IMG/VR virus record: IMGVR_UViG_3300014775_000538
Coordinates: 1 to 36,741 of that record
DNA length: 36,741 nt
Source: a virus
Taxonomy: Duplodnaviria; Caudoviricetes
Reading direction: 5' to 3' (one strand)
A program made the translations under genes and the position numbers. This document shows, piece after piece, positions 7,656-17,666 of this stretch. Each line of letters begins with the position of its first letter. The stretch's first letter is position 1. Below the pieces are notes generated by a model. It was not told where the DNA came from, made no database searches, and saw only the letters and a list, made by a program, of their open reading frames with translations.

Positions 7656-10600
7656 TAGCCTAACAAACTTTCTATACCTTGAGACCTAATCAAAGAAGAG
7701 GTTACATCCTCTGGGAACATCGCTGCAAATCTAGACCGGTCCGCGGGCCGTGCTTGTTGTGCCGGTGGTGTTGAAACCACGGGCGCTTGCGCGACTACAA
7801 TTGGACTCGGTCTAGGTGCAGCGGCACTCCGCGTGGGAAGGGCGGGTGTTCTTTCAGTTAAGGGGCTGGATACACCGGGCACGTCTTGCTCTAGCTCCAC
7901 TTCTTCTACTTCATCCTCTCGTATCACTTGAGGGACCGCTCGACGTGGTGCTTGTTCTACGTTTCCTACAAAACCCAGCCCTCTCAACATGCGTCTTAAC
8001 GCTCCGGTTAGCCTAAACTTTTGTTTGTCTGTTCTAGGTTTAGACATTAACAGGGCTAATAGATCTGGATTTTCCATTAATTCCGACATTACATCCATCT
8101 TCATGCTTTCTGGGATTCTTCCAAACAGGTTTTGTAAAGCCTGAGAACCGGCGCTTCTGGCGATCAAAGACTGTGGATCTCCGGTCATCTTTGCGACAAA
8201 ACCTCCTAAAGCCGAACCGGTAACTCTTTGATAAAACAAAGCTAAAGGACTAGCTGTTTCTATAATATCTTTTAAAGTCCCTTGTGAGTCCATGATCTCA
8301 AGTCGAACCATCTCCGTCAAATATTGCTTCAACTTATCCACTTGTTTTTGTTCAATGGCACCTTTACTTAACATCCAATCTACGACACTGATGTCGGAAT
8401 TAGCATTAGGTATTTTGCTAAATAGGCTATCGTACATAGCTCTAGGGCTAAAAGTACGGCTAGTTGCACCTCCCTTTGTCATCGCCCACTCTAAGATAGC
8501 GTGTTTTAAGCCAGACGCTGCATTTTGTTGTAACTCTTTCGGAGCTTTTTCAACTACTCTCCACAAATTATTTAAAGATTTGAGCGGAGCTTTTTGCCCA
8601 GAGCTAAGTGCTCTTGCAACAACAAACGTTGGGCTTTCTGTGTTGTTTGGCAATAAATCTCTAAAGGTTATCTCGCCTTTTAACTTGTCTAGCTCGGCTT
8701 TATTTTGAGCTTGTCTTCCTTGCAAAACAACAGTCGCTCGTTCCGCATTTTTTAAATCGGCCCGTAATGCAGGGAAAGTGTCCAATAACTCTTTATTAGA
8801 ATTTACCCATCTCTGTAAAGACTTTAAGTTAATCTCCCCCGTGTTAGGGTCAAATGCAGCAGCCCTAGCGTTTCGGATAATCATCTCTTGAGTGCCACGA
8901 ATGGTAGTAGCTAAATCCTGTGCTCCTTCAAAACCATTATCAATAGCAAACTGACCTATGTCATTTATTTGTTTAACCCTTAAATACGTTGGGTCTGAAC
9001 CACCGCTCTGTAACCTTTGTGCAAGAAGTTCTGGGGATAAACGATTTGCACCGGTTTTACTCTTGTCAAAAATGCGACCCGCAAAAGCTCTGGTAAAAAC
9101 GTCATTTAAAGAACGAGAGTATGCCCGAGCTATGTCGTAAGCTGCGTTTTCACCGGTTGGAATGCTGTTGTTTAAATCGTCTAATAGACCGTTAGCAAAA
9201 TTAGAAGCCACCCTAGCAGCATTAAAATCCTGAGAAGCACTAAGCTGCCTAGATAAACCTAAAGCCAGCGTTCTCATTTCTTTTATTTCATTTACCGTTA
9301 AGGGGGTAATTTCTTCTTCTACGGCTTCCGCGGCTTCCTCTCCGATTTCTTCTGCGGCTTCTTCTAAGCCAAGTTCTTTTTTCTTTCGCTCAACAAAAGC
9401 CGTTAGTCGTCCTAATTTAGACTTTATTTCATCCGCGGCTTCTTTAGTAACCGGAATAGACTCATCCCAAGCACTGATAAAGTTAGGAACATCTAATTCA
9501 TTACCATCAACATCAAAAAACTCGTCAATAGTTAAATCATCAACGGCTGCCCACAACCTATTTTCTACGTTTCTAGCTTGAGAGAGTTGAGATGAGGCAA
9601 CCTCAAAAAGTTTTTGAGACAACTCCATATTACTTTCAGGGTCCGCACCTCTTACCCGTTCTGACGCTTTTACAACATTGTCCGCTGCCCTAGCTAATTT
9701 ATCGTTTAAACTAGCTGAAAAAACATCTTCTTCCAATTGAGCGGCAATTTGTAAAGCATTGCGGTCCCCAGTAGCTACCAACGCCGCAATTGTATTTCGC
9801 AAAGCGTTATTAGCCTGAACATTTTTAGCTATTCTTTCTTTACCTAAGCCGGGGCTCGTTTGAGTTAAAGACGCTTCTATAGCTAACAATCCAGGGCTGT
9901 TAGCTTTCATCCCTGCGGTCAACGTAATTGGCTTGCCTGTGTCGGGGTCTATCAAGGCATCTTGAAATTCTTTAGAAGACAAACGCTCAATTACTGCGGC
10001 AACATCTTCACCTTCCGATTCTAATATATCTACTATGCGAAACGCGGCCTGTTGTTGGCGACGGTTTCTAATTTGAAATTCTCCGCGTGTAAGTTTTCCG
10101 AATTGTTCTTTTAAATATTTCACTGCTGGTACTATAGAAGCGAGCCGATCCGCTAAAATTCCACCAGCTATTCCACCGGGTATCTCCAAAGCTAATCGGG
10201 TGCTTGCATCGCCAGGGTCTACAGTTTCCGCTAAATACGTTCCGGCGGCAGCTCCGGTACCTGCTACTGTTTCAACAAAAGCAGTACGCGGTTTTTCCTT
10301 ACGGGCCGCTGTACCCGTCTTGCTTAACAAACGTTCAACTCCGGCAATTAATCGAGTGCTTAAAGGACCCTTAACTCCTTCGGCCAAATTATCTAAAAGT
10401 TGGGCTGCTCCAAAACTTACGTTTTTAGAAATCATGAAAGGCATTGGAAGCCAACCTGCCGCTCCAGCGGCAGTCTTACCAGCTTCATAAGCTGCTCTCG
10501 ATCCCGGTGTGATTGGCTTTTCGGGGCCCATGATAAGATCGACGCCTTCTTTACCTACGTTGTAAAGACCTAAAGCTCCTGCAATTGTAGTCACGGTTGG

Positions 10601-11047
10601 TATAGCAACCTTTGCCACAACCGACCAAGGTGTTACGGGAGGTATAGGAGCTTGAAGAGCCATTCCAGTTTTAGCTCCGTAATAAGCACCGCCCATACTA
10701 GTTAGTTGAGGTCCAATTTCACGGGCAAACCCTCCAGCAAAAGTGCCTTCCTTAATTGGATCTCCTTGCTCGTCTACGGCAAATAAAGAAATAATCTGAG
10801 AATCAGTCAACCGACGGTCTGTTGGGGACATCGATTGGAAAGAAGGTAAGGTGTCAAATAACTTAGCGGTACCGTCTTTTAACCCTTCATAAGTAATCAA
10901 TTCGGGGTAGTCAACAGAAACTTCGTTAGTAAGCTGTCTTGCTAAAACCGGTTCCGCCCCTCCAGACTCGCTGGAAAACAAACGAGTTATTTGGTCCATT
11001 TGATCTTTACCGATCACTACTGGATCTATCTTAATTTGATTTTCCAT
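7655..11047 (-). CDS. Large putative internal virion/DNA ejection protein (1130 aa)
   Basis: Large Ala-rich helical ORF after the tail genes in a podovirus-like order, with Gly/Ala hydrophobic N-terminal segments. No catalytic motif recognised. Confidence 0.65.
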   Translation of the reverse strand: MENQIKIDPVVIGKDQMDQITRLFSSESGGAEPVLARQLTNEVSVDYPELITYEGLKDGTAKLFDTLPSFQSMSPTDRRLTDSQIISLFAVDEQGDPIKEGTFAGGFAREIGPQLTSMGGAYYGAKTGMALQAPIPPVTPWSVVAKVAIPTVTTIAGALGLYNVGKEGVDLIMGPEKPITPGSRAAYEAGKTAAGAAGWLPMPFMISKNVSFGAAQLLDNLAEGVKGPLSTRLIAGVERLLSKTGTAARKEKPRTAFVETVAGTGAAAGTYLAETVDPGDASTRLALEIPGGIAGGILADRLASIVPAVKYLKEQFGKLTRGEFQIRNRRQQQAAFRIVDILESEGEDVAAVIERLSSKEFQDALIDPDTGKPITLTAGMKANSPGLLAIEASLTQTSPGLGKERIAKNVQANNALRNTIAALVATGDRNALQIAAQLEEDVFSASLNDKLARAADNVVKASERVRGADPESNMELSQKLFEVASSQLSQARNVENRLWAAVDDLTIDEFFDVDGNELDVPNFISAWDESIPVTKEAADEIKSKLGRLTAFVERKKKELGLEEAAEEIGEEAAEAVEEEITPLTVNEIKEMRTLALGLSRQLSASQDFNAARVASNFANGLLDDLNNSIPTGENAAYDIARAYSRSLNDVFTRAFAGRIFDKSKTGANRLSPELLAQRLQSGGSDPTYLRVKQINDIGQFAIDNGFEGAQDLATTIRGTQEMIIRNARAAAFDPNTGEINLKSLQRWVNSNKELLDTFPALRADLKNAERATVVLQGRQAQNKAELDKLKGEITFRDLLPNNTESPTFVVARALSSGQKAPLKSLNNLWRVVEKAPKELQQNAASGLKHAILEWAMTKGGATSRTFSPRAMYDSLFSKIPNANSDISVVDWMLSKGAIEQKQVDKLKQYLTEMVRLEIMDSQGTLKDIIETASPLALFYQRVTGSALGGFVAKMTGDPQSLIARSAGSQALQNLFGRIPESMKMDVMSELMENPDLLALLMSKPRTDKQKFRLTGALRRMLRGLGFVGNVEQAPRRAVPQVIREDEVEEVELEQDVPGVSSPLTERTPALPTRSAAAPRPSPIVVAQAPVVSTPPAQQARPADRSRFAAMFPEDVTSSLIRSQGIESLLG

Positions 11048-11049
11048 TA

Positions 11050-13779
11050 CTAATCTTCCCGCTTAGAACGATTTCCTAAGTTAAGCATTTTCCTCAAGGC
11101 GTCTACTTTTTCATCACTTGCAGACATCTGTTTGTAAGCATTATCAAAAACTTTATATCCCGCCTTTAGTTGACTTAAATCAGTTAAATATCCTTGAGCT
11201 TCGCTTACTTGCGCAGCGGTTAAAGGGGAATTAGGATCCTCTAATTTAGTTCGAAGGGCTTCCTCTGCTTCATCAATCATACCTAAGACTCGTGTAACCT
11301 TAGCTCCGGCTGCTTCTGGTCCCATAAACAAATTCTTAGGGGAAGGAACTAAATCTTTTAACATTTGCAACTGCATTACACTATCGCGTAATTCAGCGGA
11401 ACGCTGAAATACTTGAACGAACTTGGTATTAAGAGCCTCAGAACCCGCAATGGCTTCCTTTTCTGCTTTAAAGGGCGCTCCGAAAAAGAAGACTTCCGCC
11501 ACGGTATTAGCGAAATTTTTAAGAAATCCTTCCGTACCAAAAGCGCTTTGTGGGTCCTCAATCCCTTTCATTATTTGGCTAACCACTACTTCCTTCTGAT
11601 CCTCTTTGGTACCAGCATCCGTGGTAGAGGTATCGGAAGGGGACCCTCCGTCTAACTTGATGTTCGGGATAGAAAGTTGGTTATCCTGACGTATCCTTAT
11701 AGCAGTTTGAAGTTCGTTAGACAAAGGATTACCCGGCACAATAACGAAAGCTTTCTTTTCTTCACTCCACACAGATTTCGGAGCATTGTAGTAAGCAATA
11801 GCTTGATTGAGCTCTAAGGTCTCTTCTGGACCCAAGGTTCCCATAGCATACGCAGTAATTCTTTCAGGATCAGACACCAACGTTGTAATCCTAGCGTCTG
11901 TACTTGTTCCTAAGCGCGTGAGTCTTGCCGCAACCCTTTCGATATCTAACTTGTCCGTCTTGTATTGTTTTTCAAACGCATTCATTTCGGACTGCATACG
12001 ATTAACTTCGGCTTGAAGCTCAAGTTTTCTTTCGCCTTGAGCTTGATCAACCTCTGCTCGTTTTGTATCGAGCTCTAAGCGACGGTTAGATATTTCTCTG
12101 TCTAAGTCAGCCAGCTTTTCTTTTAGAGCATTATTCGTATTATTAAGCTCTATAGCCTGCTCATGAGCTTTGTCCATTTTAGCCAAGTCATACTCGTTAG
12201 CTACGTTCATTTCATTAAGCTTAATGTTTGCTCTAATCTTAATGTTTTCTTTTTCTAGTTTATCCGCAAGAACAAGATTATCTTTTTGACCACTCTGACG
12301 TAACAGTTCTATGTCTTTAGCGTTATCGTTTTGCATCTGTTGTAACGCTTGACGATTAACTTGACGATAGTCTTCTAAAGTAATAGCTCCGCTCTGCTTT
12401 AACTCTTCCAGAGTCATATTTTGAGCGCCCTCTATCCCTTTAAGCTCAATACGACCCCTTTGTTTTAATCCCTCTAAAACACTCTGTACATTTGTATCAA
12501 GAACAGCTTGGCGCTCCATCTTAGCTAAGTCTTGCGCACCTTTTATTTCTTGAATTTTTAACTCTTGAGCAGCTTTAGCTTTTGCCGTCAAGTCAGCCTC
12601 GGCTGCTTGTAACGCACCAAATTTAGCTTGTCTCATTATTGCATCTTGTTGAGCTTTACGTTGAGCGGCTCCAGCCGTTATACCACTAATGTTTTGTAGT
12701 ACGCCTTGTCCTGCCAGCGCTAATTTTTCAGCCGTGCTCATACGACGATCTGCGGGGGATGCTAACTGTAATCCACCCTGAGCTAAAGCAAAAAGCATTT
12801 GAGCTTGATCTAATTCTTTTTGTCTCTGTATCTCAGCCGGGTCTATACCAGCAATTTGCTCGTATAAGGGTAATCGTGATTGATAACTGGCGGTGAGTGG
12901 ATCTCCACCCGCTTGCATTCCAACCACACCGCCATATTTAAAATTTACAGGAGCTGGGCCCTCCTCAGCGCCCATGTCAACCGTAGACATAATGCCTTGT
13001 GCCATGTCTCCTGAGACCGGTTGTCCCATCTGCTCTTGTGCTAGTCCGCCAATCCCTTGATCAACCTGTGCCATCATCATGACCGGCTGAACCAAAGTCA
13101 AGACAGACTCTGGTGTTTGTTGTGCATCTTCTGGTCCGACGATATCGGCTAATTCCATCCGACGCTCTTCAACACTGGCTTCGTCTCCGCGCATCGCGTT
13201 CATTACTTCTTCAGCACTTTCGGCGTCATCTAGCGACGTCATGCTTTGTTGAGCCTGCATCAACATTTGCTCCATGATCGCTGGATCTATTCCCCCCGCT
13301 TGTGCCATCGGGGGCATCGCCGAATCTTGTGGGGCAGGCATCCCAACCATTGGATTGACCGGAGCCATGCCGCCTTCTTGCATGTAGTTTACCTGACCGC
13401 CGTAGGCAAAGTCCTGTATGCTACCACCGTCTGTATCACCCGGAGAAAATTCAGGCCGCCCTTTAATGTAATCCATAAACTGTTGTATGTAGCTTCGATC
13501 CATCTCTTCTTGCTCTCTTCGAGCTCGGTCTAGGCCCTCTTGCATACGACGTTCAGCTTCTTGCTGCCGATACATTTCTTCCAGAATCCGACGCTCTTCC
13601 TCGGTACGAGGTGTAGAAGCAAACTCTGGATCTCCAGGAGCAACCCCACCTTCCTGCATCGGTATCACCCCACGACCCATCAAAATATCTTTCTGCGTCA
13701 CTTGCCCATCACCGCTAAGATCAGGAAAAGCTGCGCCACCCTTGGCAAACATCTGCCGTGCCATTAATTCTCTATTCAT
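11050..13779 (-). CDS. Putative internal virion/ejection protein (909 aa) with long coiled coil and GG-motif-rich N-terminus
   Basis: Q/E/K-rich central coiled coil, six xxxGG motifs in the first ~295 aa, and an EF-hand/dockerin-like DLSGDGQVTQKD. Confidence 0.65.
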   Translation of the reverse strand: MNRELMARQMFAKGGAAFPDLSGDGQVTQKDILMGRGVIPMQEGGVAPGDPEFASTPRTEEERRILEEMYRQQEAERRMQEGLDRARREQEEMDRSYIQQFMDYIKGRPEFSPGDTDGGSIQDFAYGGQVNYMQEGGMAPVNPMVGMPAPQDSAMPPMAQAGGIDPAIMEQMLMQAQQSMTSLDDAESAEEVMNAMRGDEASVEERRMELADIVGPEDAQQTPESVLTLVQPVMMMAQVDQGIGGLAQEQMGQPVSGDMAQGIMSTVDMGAEEGPAPVNFKYGGVVGMQAGGDPLTASYQSRLPLYEQIAGIDPAEIQRQKELDQAQMLFALAQGGLQLASPADRRMSTAEKLALAGQGVLQNISGITAGAAQRKAQQDAIMRQAKFGALQAAEADLTAKAKAAQELKIQEIKGAQDLAKMERQAVLDTNVQSVLEGLKQRGRIELKGIEGAQNMTLEELKQSGAITLEDYRQVNRQALQQMQNDNAKDIELLRQSGQKDNLVLADKLEKENIKIRANIKLNEMNVANEYDLAKMDKAHEQAIELNNTNNALKEKLADLDREISNRRLELDTKRAEVDQAQGERKLELQAEVNRMQSEMNAFEKQYKTDKLDIERVAARLTRLGTSTDARITTLVSDPERITAYAMGTLGPEETLELNQAIAYYNAPKSVWSEEKKAFVIVPGNPLSNELQTAIRIRQDNQLSIPNIKLDGGSPSDTSTTDAGTKEDQKEVVVSQIMKGIEDPQSAFGTEGFLKNFANTVAEVFFFGAPFKAEKEAIAGSEALNTKFVQVFQRSAELRDSVMQLQMLKDLVPSPKNLFMGPEAAGAKVTRVLGMIDEAEEALRTKLEDPNSPLTAAQVSEAQGYLTDLSQLKAGYKVFDNAYKQMSASDEKVDALRKMLNLGNRSKRED

Positions 13780-15284
13780 TAAAATAACCCCGCTTTACTT
13801 GCTCCGGCTGCTGCCGAAAGACCTGCGATACCCAATCCGAGAATCTTCTCTCCCGTGGAAACTGATGGTGTAGTTGTTCCTGTCAAAGACATCTGACTAG
13901 AAGGAGCACCCTTGTAAATGTCAGACAAGAAACCAAGACGCTGATATGGCTCGTAAGCTTGCTGAAGCGCTGTCTGACGCTGTGCCTCAAGCTCTGCCTG
14001 TTGCTGTTGTTGCATCTTCTGACCAATATCAAACAAGAATCCAGCCTCCTGTTGACCCAACGCCTGTTGCTGCTGACCAAGAGAAGCCTGTCTCAAGCCT
14101 AGCGTACCCAACGCCTCACCTTGTTGTAGCCCAAGCTGACCGTATTGTGTACCGAGTCCGCCAATACCTTCGGCCAATTGACCACCTAACTGTTGACCAC
14201 TAAGACCTAACTTACCGGCCTCAAGCGCCCCAGTAACACCTAATTGAGCCTGTCCTTGTCCTAATTGACCAGCTTGACCAGACATCTGACCAGCCAATTG
14301 AGCTGCCGACATGCCCGTCTGAGCGGATAATTGCTCAAGGTTAAGACCCGTCTGTGCCAAAGCCTGTGCATTAGCCGCTTGTAACTGAGCAGTATTCAAC
14401 CCAAGTTGACCTCCAAGTTGAGCCGCCTGCTGACCTCTAGCCTGTTGCGCTTCAAACGCCTGCTGTGCCCGTTGTGCCGCACTCTCAAATCCAGCTGCTC
14501 TCATCTGAGCCGCGGTCCGTGCTTGCTGTTCCAAAACGTTACGTCCAAGCTCCTGTTCTGCTACCGCCTGACGAGACCCGCCAAACGCACCACTGGCCGC
14601 GGCCTGCGCTCCAAGCGCTTGCTGTCGAATGTCACCTTGACGTGCAATGTCAGCTAAAGCCTGTTGTACGGCCAGGTCTTCAAAAGGACTTTGGTACGTA
14701 GAAATCTGGGATGGATCAAACTGTCCTGTGGTACCAGATAAGCCTTGAAGGGCTTGTTGATAAGCACCAATCCCGGTCTGAGTTGCTTGACCAAATTGCG
14801 GCATAGCCTGTGCGCCAATACCTTGAGCGCCTAATCTCGCTTGCTGTGCCACTTGTTGGCCGGTGTCCGCAGCCTGACCTAATCCGGAAATCGCACCTGC
14901 TGTGTAACCTTGACCTAAGCCCAAAGCACTTTGCACACCTTGTTGTCCAGCCATCACTTGAGGCTGTATACCGGCCTGAGCACCTCTTAACCCCGCCAAG
15001 GATTCTTGCTGAAAGGGACTGGCACCGGCCATGACACCGCCTAATGCAGTTTGAGCATCACCTAATGTATAACCAGCTTCGGTTAGGTACGGCTGGAAAC
15101 CACCAATACCTTGTTCGGCAGCGCCAAAAGCCGCAAGCTGTAACGGAGAAAGACCCGCTATTTGTTGCGCTGGAAGACTTACGGGTTTATCAGCTAATTG
15201 TTTTGCGGATTCTAAAAGCCCTAGTTTTATAGCCTCTATTTCAGGCGCTTCACGGACTATTTGTGTGGTGGTTTCAGTAGCCAT
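13779..15284 (-). CDS. Gln/Gly/Ala-rich putative DNA ejection (pilot) protein
   Basis: GAFGGSRQAV motif, QQA/GQL repeats and a hydrophobic Gly-rich C-terminus, as in podoviral DNA-transfer proteins. Confidence 0.65.
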   Translation of the reverse strand: MATETTTQIVREAPEIEAIKLGLLESAKQLADKPVSLPAQQIAGLSPLQLAAFGAAEQGIGGFQPYLTEAGYTLGDAQTALGGVMAGASPFQQESLAGLRGAQAGIQPQVMAGQQGVQSALGLGQGYTAGAISGLGQAADTGQQVAQQARLGAQGIGAQAMPQFGQATQTGIGAYQQALQGLSGTTGQFDPSQISTYQSPFEDLAVQQALADIARQGDIRQQALGAQAAASGAFGGSRQAVAEQELGRNVLEQQARTAAQMRAAGFESAAQRAQQAFEAQQARGQQAAQLGGQLGLNTAQLQAANAQALAQTGLNLEQLSAQTGMSAAQLAGQMSGQAGQLGQGQAQLGVTGALEAGKLGLSGQQLGGQLAEGIGGLGTQYGQLGLQQGEALGTLGLRQASLGQQQQALGQQEAGFLFDIGQKMQQQQQAELEAQRQTALQQAYEPYQRLGFLSDIYKGAPSSQMSLTGTTTPSVSTGEKILGLGIAGLSAAAGASKAGLF

Positions 15285-17143
15285 TATGCCATCCGTCCTT
15301 TACGCTCTAGGTTAGCCATGACATCGTACATTCGATTTATTCCTCGCCTTAAATCTCCACCTCCTGCACCTTTTACTGCGTCGGTGGTCATGACAAACTC
15401 ACCGGGCATTAACATCGCTCGAACGCTATCTTTCCCAGGTACGCCCTCATCTGGCATGATTCCGCCATTTCGACGAGGGAATATTTCTCCACCTTTTGCC
15501 GCAGTTTGAACAGGTGGACGGTAGAAAGGACTTGAGGAACTAGGAGTGCTTTGCTGTAACCCGTAAGAGGGTAGTTCAAATGGATTGTAGTAAGCGGTTT
15601 GTGTTGGAGCTTGATACAAAGGTGCGTTATATGACGAATAATACGGTGTCTGCGGCTGGAAGTACGTTGACTCGGCTGTGCCTATGTCTACCATAAAGTC
15701 CTGAGGATTAGCCGCAAACAAATCCGCACCGGTAATAACATTACCCGCTGCATCTCTGTCTAAAATACCTGGATCTTCCTCTGGAGGGGTTTCAAATCCT
15801 CCAGTTCCGTACAAATAAGCACCTCCCGCAAGAGCATACGGAGCTACTTTTTGAAGAAAAGTTTTTTGTGTTTCGTCAGAAAAAACCTTTGCTAACTGTA
15901 TTTTATCTGTAGTTGGTAAATTCCCATATTCTTTTATGAAAGCTGGGTCTTTTAAGACATCGGATACGCTTTTTTCTGGGGCACCAAAAATAGTTTCTTT
16001 AGCACTTTGTAAGAAAGATTTGTCTGCGCTACGAACACTTTGATCCATAGCTCCTGCACCCGGAGCACCACCTCCCGGAACGTTAGCCTGAGCGGGTTGA
16101 ATGTAATTTGCATCGGAAAAAGTCGCACCAGACGTATCAAGGGGTGGCTGTCTACCAACTAATCTACCTTCCGCGGCACCTGCCTCGGCTAAAGATTTTG
16201 GACCAGATGCCGTGGTTGTACCCAAATCTGAGGCCATTTGCTCTGAGGCAGTTATGGGTTGCGTTTGATATGCAGTGGAGGCATCCCCGCTTCTAATCGA
16301 TTCGCCAAAAACAGACGTGTCTTGAGCTGGGGTGGTAGCGGGTGGAACAAACTGCTGACCAAAGTTAAAGCCTTGACCGCTAAGACCACTCTTAATCTGA
16401 CCGCCAACTTGAGCAAAGCGAGCACCTGGATTAGACAAAGCACCGGTAAAGTTTTCTCCAAAAGTACCTGGACCGGTAAACCCGGTAAATGCCGCGCTTG
16501 TAAGACCAGAAAGAGCCGCAGATTTAAGGGCATCTTTAATATCGCCACCTTGCAATAAGGTACCAATACCAGAACCTAGAGCTGCGCCATAAGCACCCAA
16601 TGCTGGAAAAGCCAACGACAAGGCAATAGGCAATACAATCGGAGCAACCTTTTTAAGAACCTTAACCGCTTGACTAGCTACTTTCTTTACGCCTTTAGCT
16701 ACGCTAGAAACTGTTCTCGTAATAGGTCTAGTAACTCTCCTAACAAAACTACGAAAGCCATATTCCGCTAAACCCGTTTCAGGGTTAATCGAAGCTGCCC
16801 CCGAACCAACCACGTATTGCTCTGGATCTTCAATCCCTTGAGCAACTAAGGCTCTAAAGACAACTTCTTTAATTTCAGGGTTCTCGTCTAAAATATTTTT
16901 AGGAATAACAAGCTCACCCGTTTGGGCGTGGACAATAACGTCGTCCCCAAATCGGCCCAAAGCTGCCATTTGGGAGGCTACGTCAGTAAACTGACTGATC
17001 CCTTCGCCTCCGTATGCCTCATCAACAAGTTGTTGATCTTCTTCCCGCTCTAACGCCGCGATGTCCTCATCGGACATCATAAAACTAGCTACGCCCCCAT
17101 CAGGGACTTGAATCTCTTCGTATTCTGCGGTCATCTCAGCCAT
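15284..17143 (-). CDS. Putative ejection/DNA-transfer protein
   Basis: GRFGDDVIVH...GELVIP domain, INPETGLAEY motif, basic amphipathic plus hydrophobic segment, and C-terminal DSVRAMLMPGEFVMT domain. Confidence 0.65.
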   Translation of the reverse strand: MAEMTAEYEEIQVPDGGVASFMMSDEDIAALEREEDQQLVDEAYGGEGISQFTDVASQMAALGRFGDDVIVHAQTGELVIPKNILDENPEIKEVVFRALVAQGIEDPEQYVVGSGAASINPETGLAEYGFRSFVRRVTRPITRTVSSVAKGVKKVASQAVKVLKKVAPIVLPIALSLAFPALGAYGAALGSGIGTLLQGGDIKDALKSAALSGLTSAAFTGFTGPGTFGENFTGALSNPGARFAQVGGQIKSGLSGQGFNFGQQFVPPATTPAQDTSVFGESIRSGDASTAYQTQPITASEQMASDLGTTTASGPKSLAEAGAAEGRLVGRQPPLDTSGATFSDANYIQPAQANVPGGGAPGAGAMDQSVRSADKSFLQSAKETIFGAPEKSVSDVLKDPAFIKEYGNLPTTDKIQLAKVFSDETQKTFLQKVAPYALAGGAYLYGTGGFETPPEEDPGILDRDAAGNVITGADLFAANPQDFMVDIGTAESTYFQPQTPYYSSYNAPLYQAPTQTAYYNPFELPSYGLQQSTPSSSSPFYRPPVQTAAKGGEIFPRRNGGIMPDEGVPGKDSVRAMLMPGEFVMTTDAVKGAGGGDLRRGINRMYDVMANLERKGRMA

Positions 17144-17376
17144 CAGCCTGCTCCACCAGATATGCTCTCGGGCATAGTTACTTGAATTATTGTACTTTTA
17201 CTTTCGTCTCCCGTCCACGAATTACCGCAATCTGGGCAATTTCCAGAAGGATATGAAAGTATTTCTTCAGGGGTGTCCACCGCATTGCCACAATTAGCGC
17301 AATGAATGAGATCTTGGCTGGTGGATGGTCTCCATTGGGAGCCGTTAGCCATAGTAATAATTGTCTCGTCGCTCAT
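17143..17376 (-). CDS. Small zinc-ribbon protein
   Basis: CANC and CPDC pairs; coupled to both neighbours by overlapping start and stop codons. Confidence 0.7.
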   Translation of the reverse strand: MSDETIITMANGSQWRPSTSQDLIHCANCGNAVDTPEEILSYPSGNCPDCGNSWTGDESKSTIIQVTMPESISGGAG

Positions 17377-17666
17377 GTCGTCACCGTTACGCTCCCTACG
17401 GAGCCTGTTGCTTGCTGACCACGGACGTGAGGCATGTTTATTAAGGCTATTTTAACAAAACCTTCTTGTTGAAACAAAGCCCCATTTTCTAATCCGCTAT
17501 CATCAGTCTGTAAATTAGTAAGTACTATAAAAGTGTTTCGACCCTCTCCAGGGTTTTGCATCTGCTCCAAATACACCGAAAATGCCCGTACCACCTCACT
17601 AATGTATTGCCTATCATAATCATTGGGAGGTACCGGAAAAAACGGTAATACTAGATTTCTTGACAT
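17373..17666 (-). CDS. Hypothetical tail-associated protein
   Basis: Coupled to the stabilisation gene. C-terminal ATGSVGSVTVTT resembles the repeat unit of the 22981-23844 protein. Confidence 0.65.
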   Translation of the reverse strand: MSRNLVLPFFPVPPNDYDRQYISEVVRAFSVYLEQMQNPGEGRNTFIVLTNLQTDDSGLENGALFQQEGFVKIALINMPHVRGQQATGSVGSVTVTT

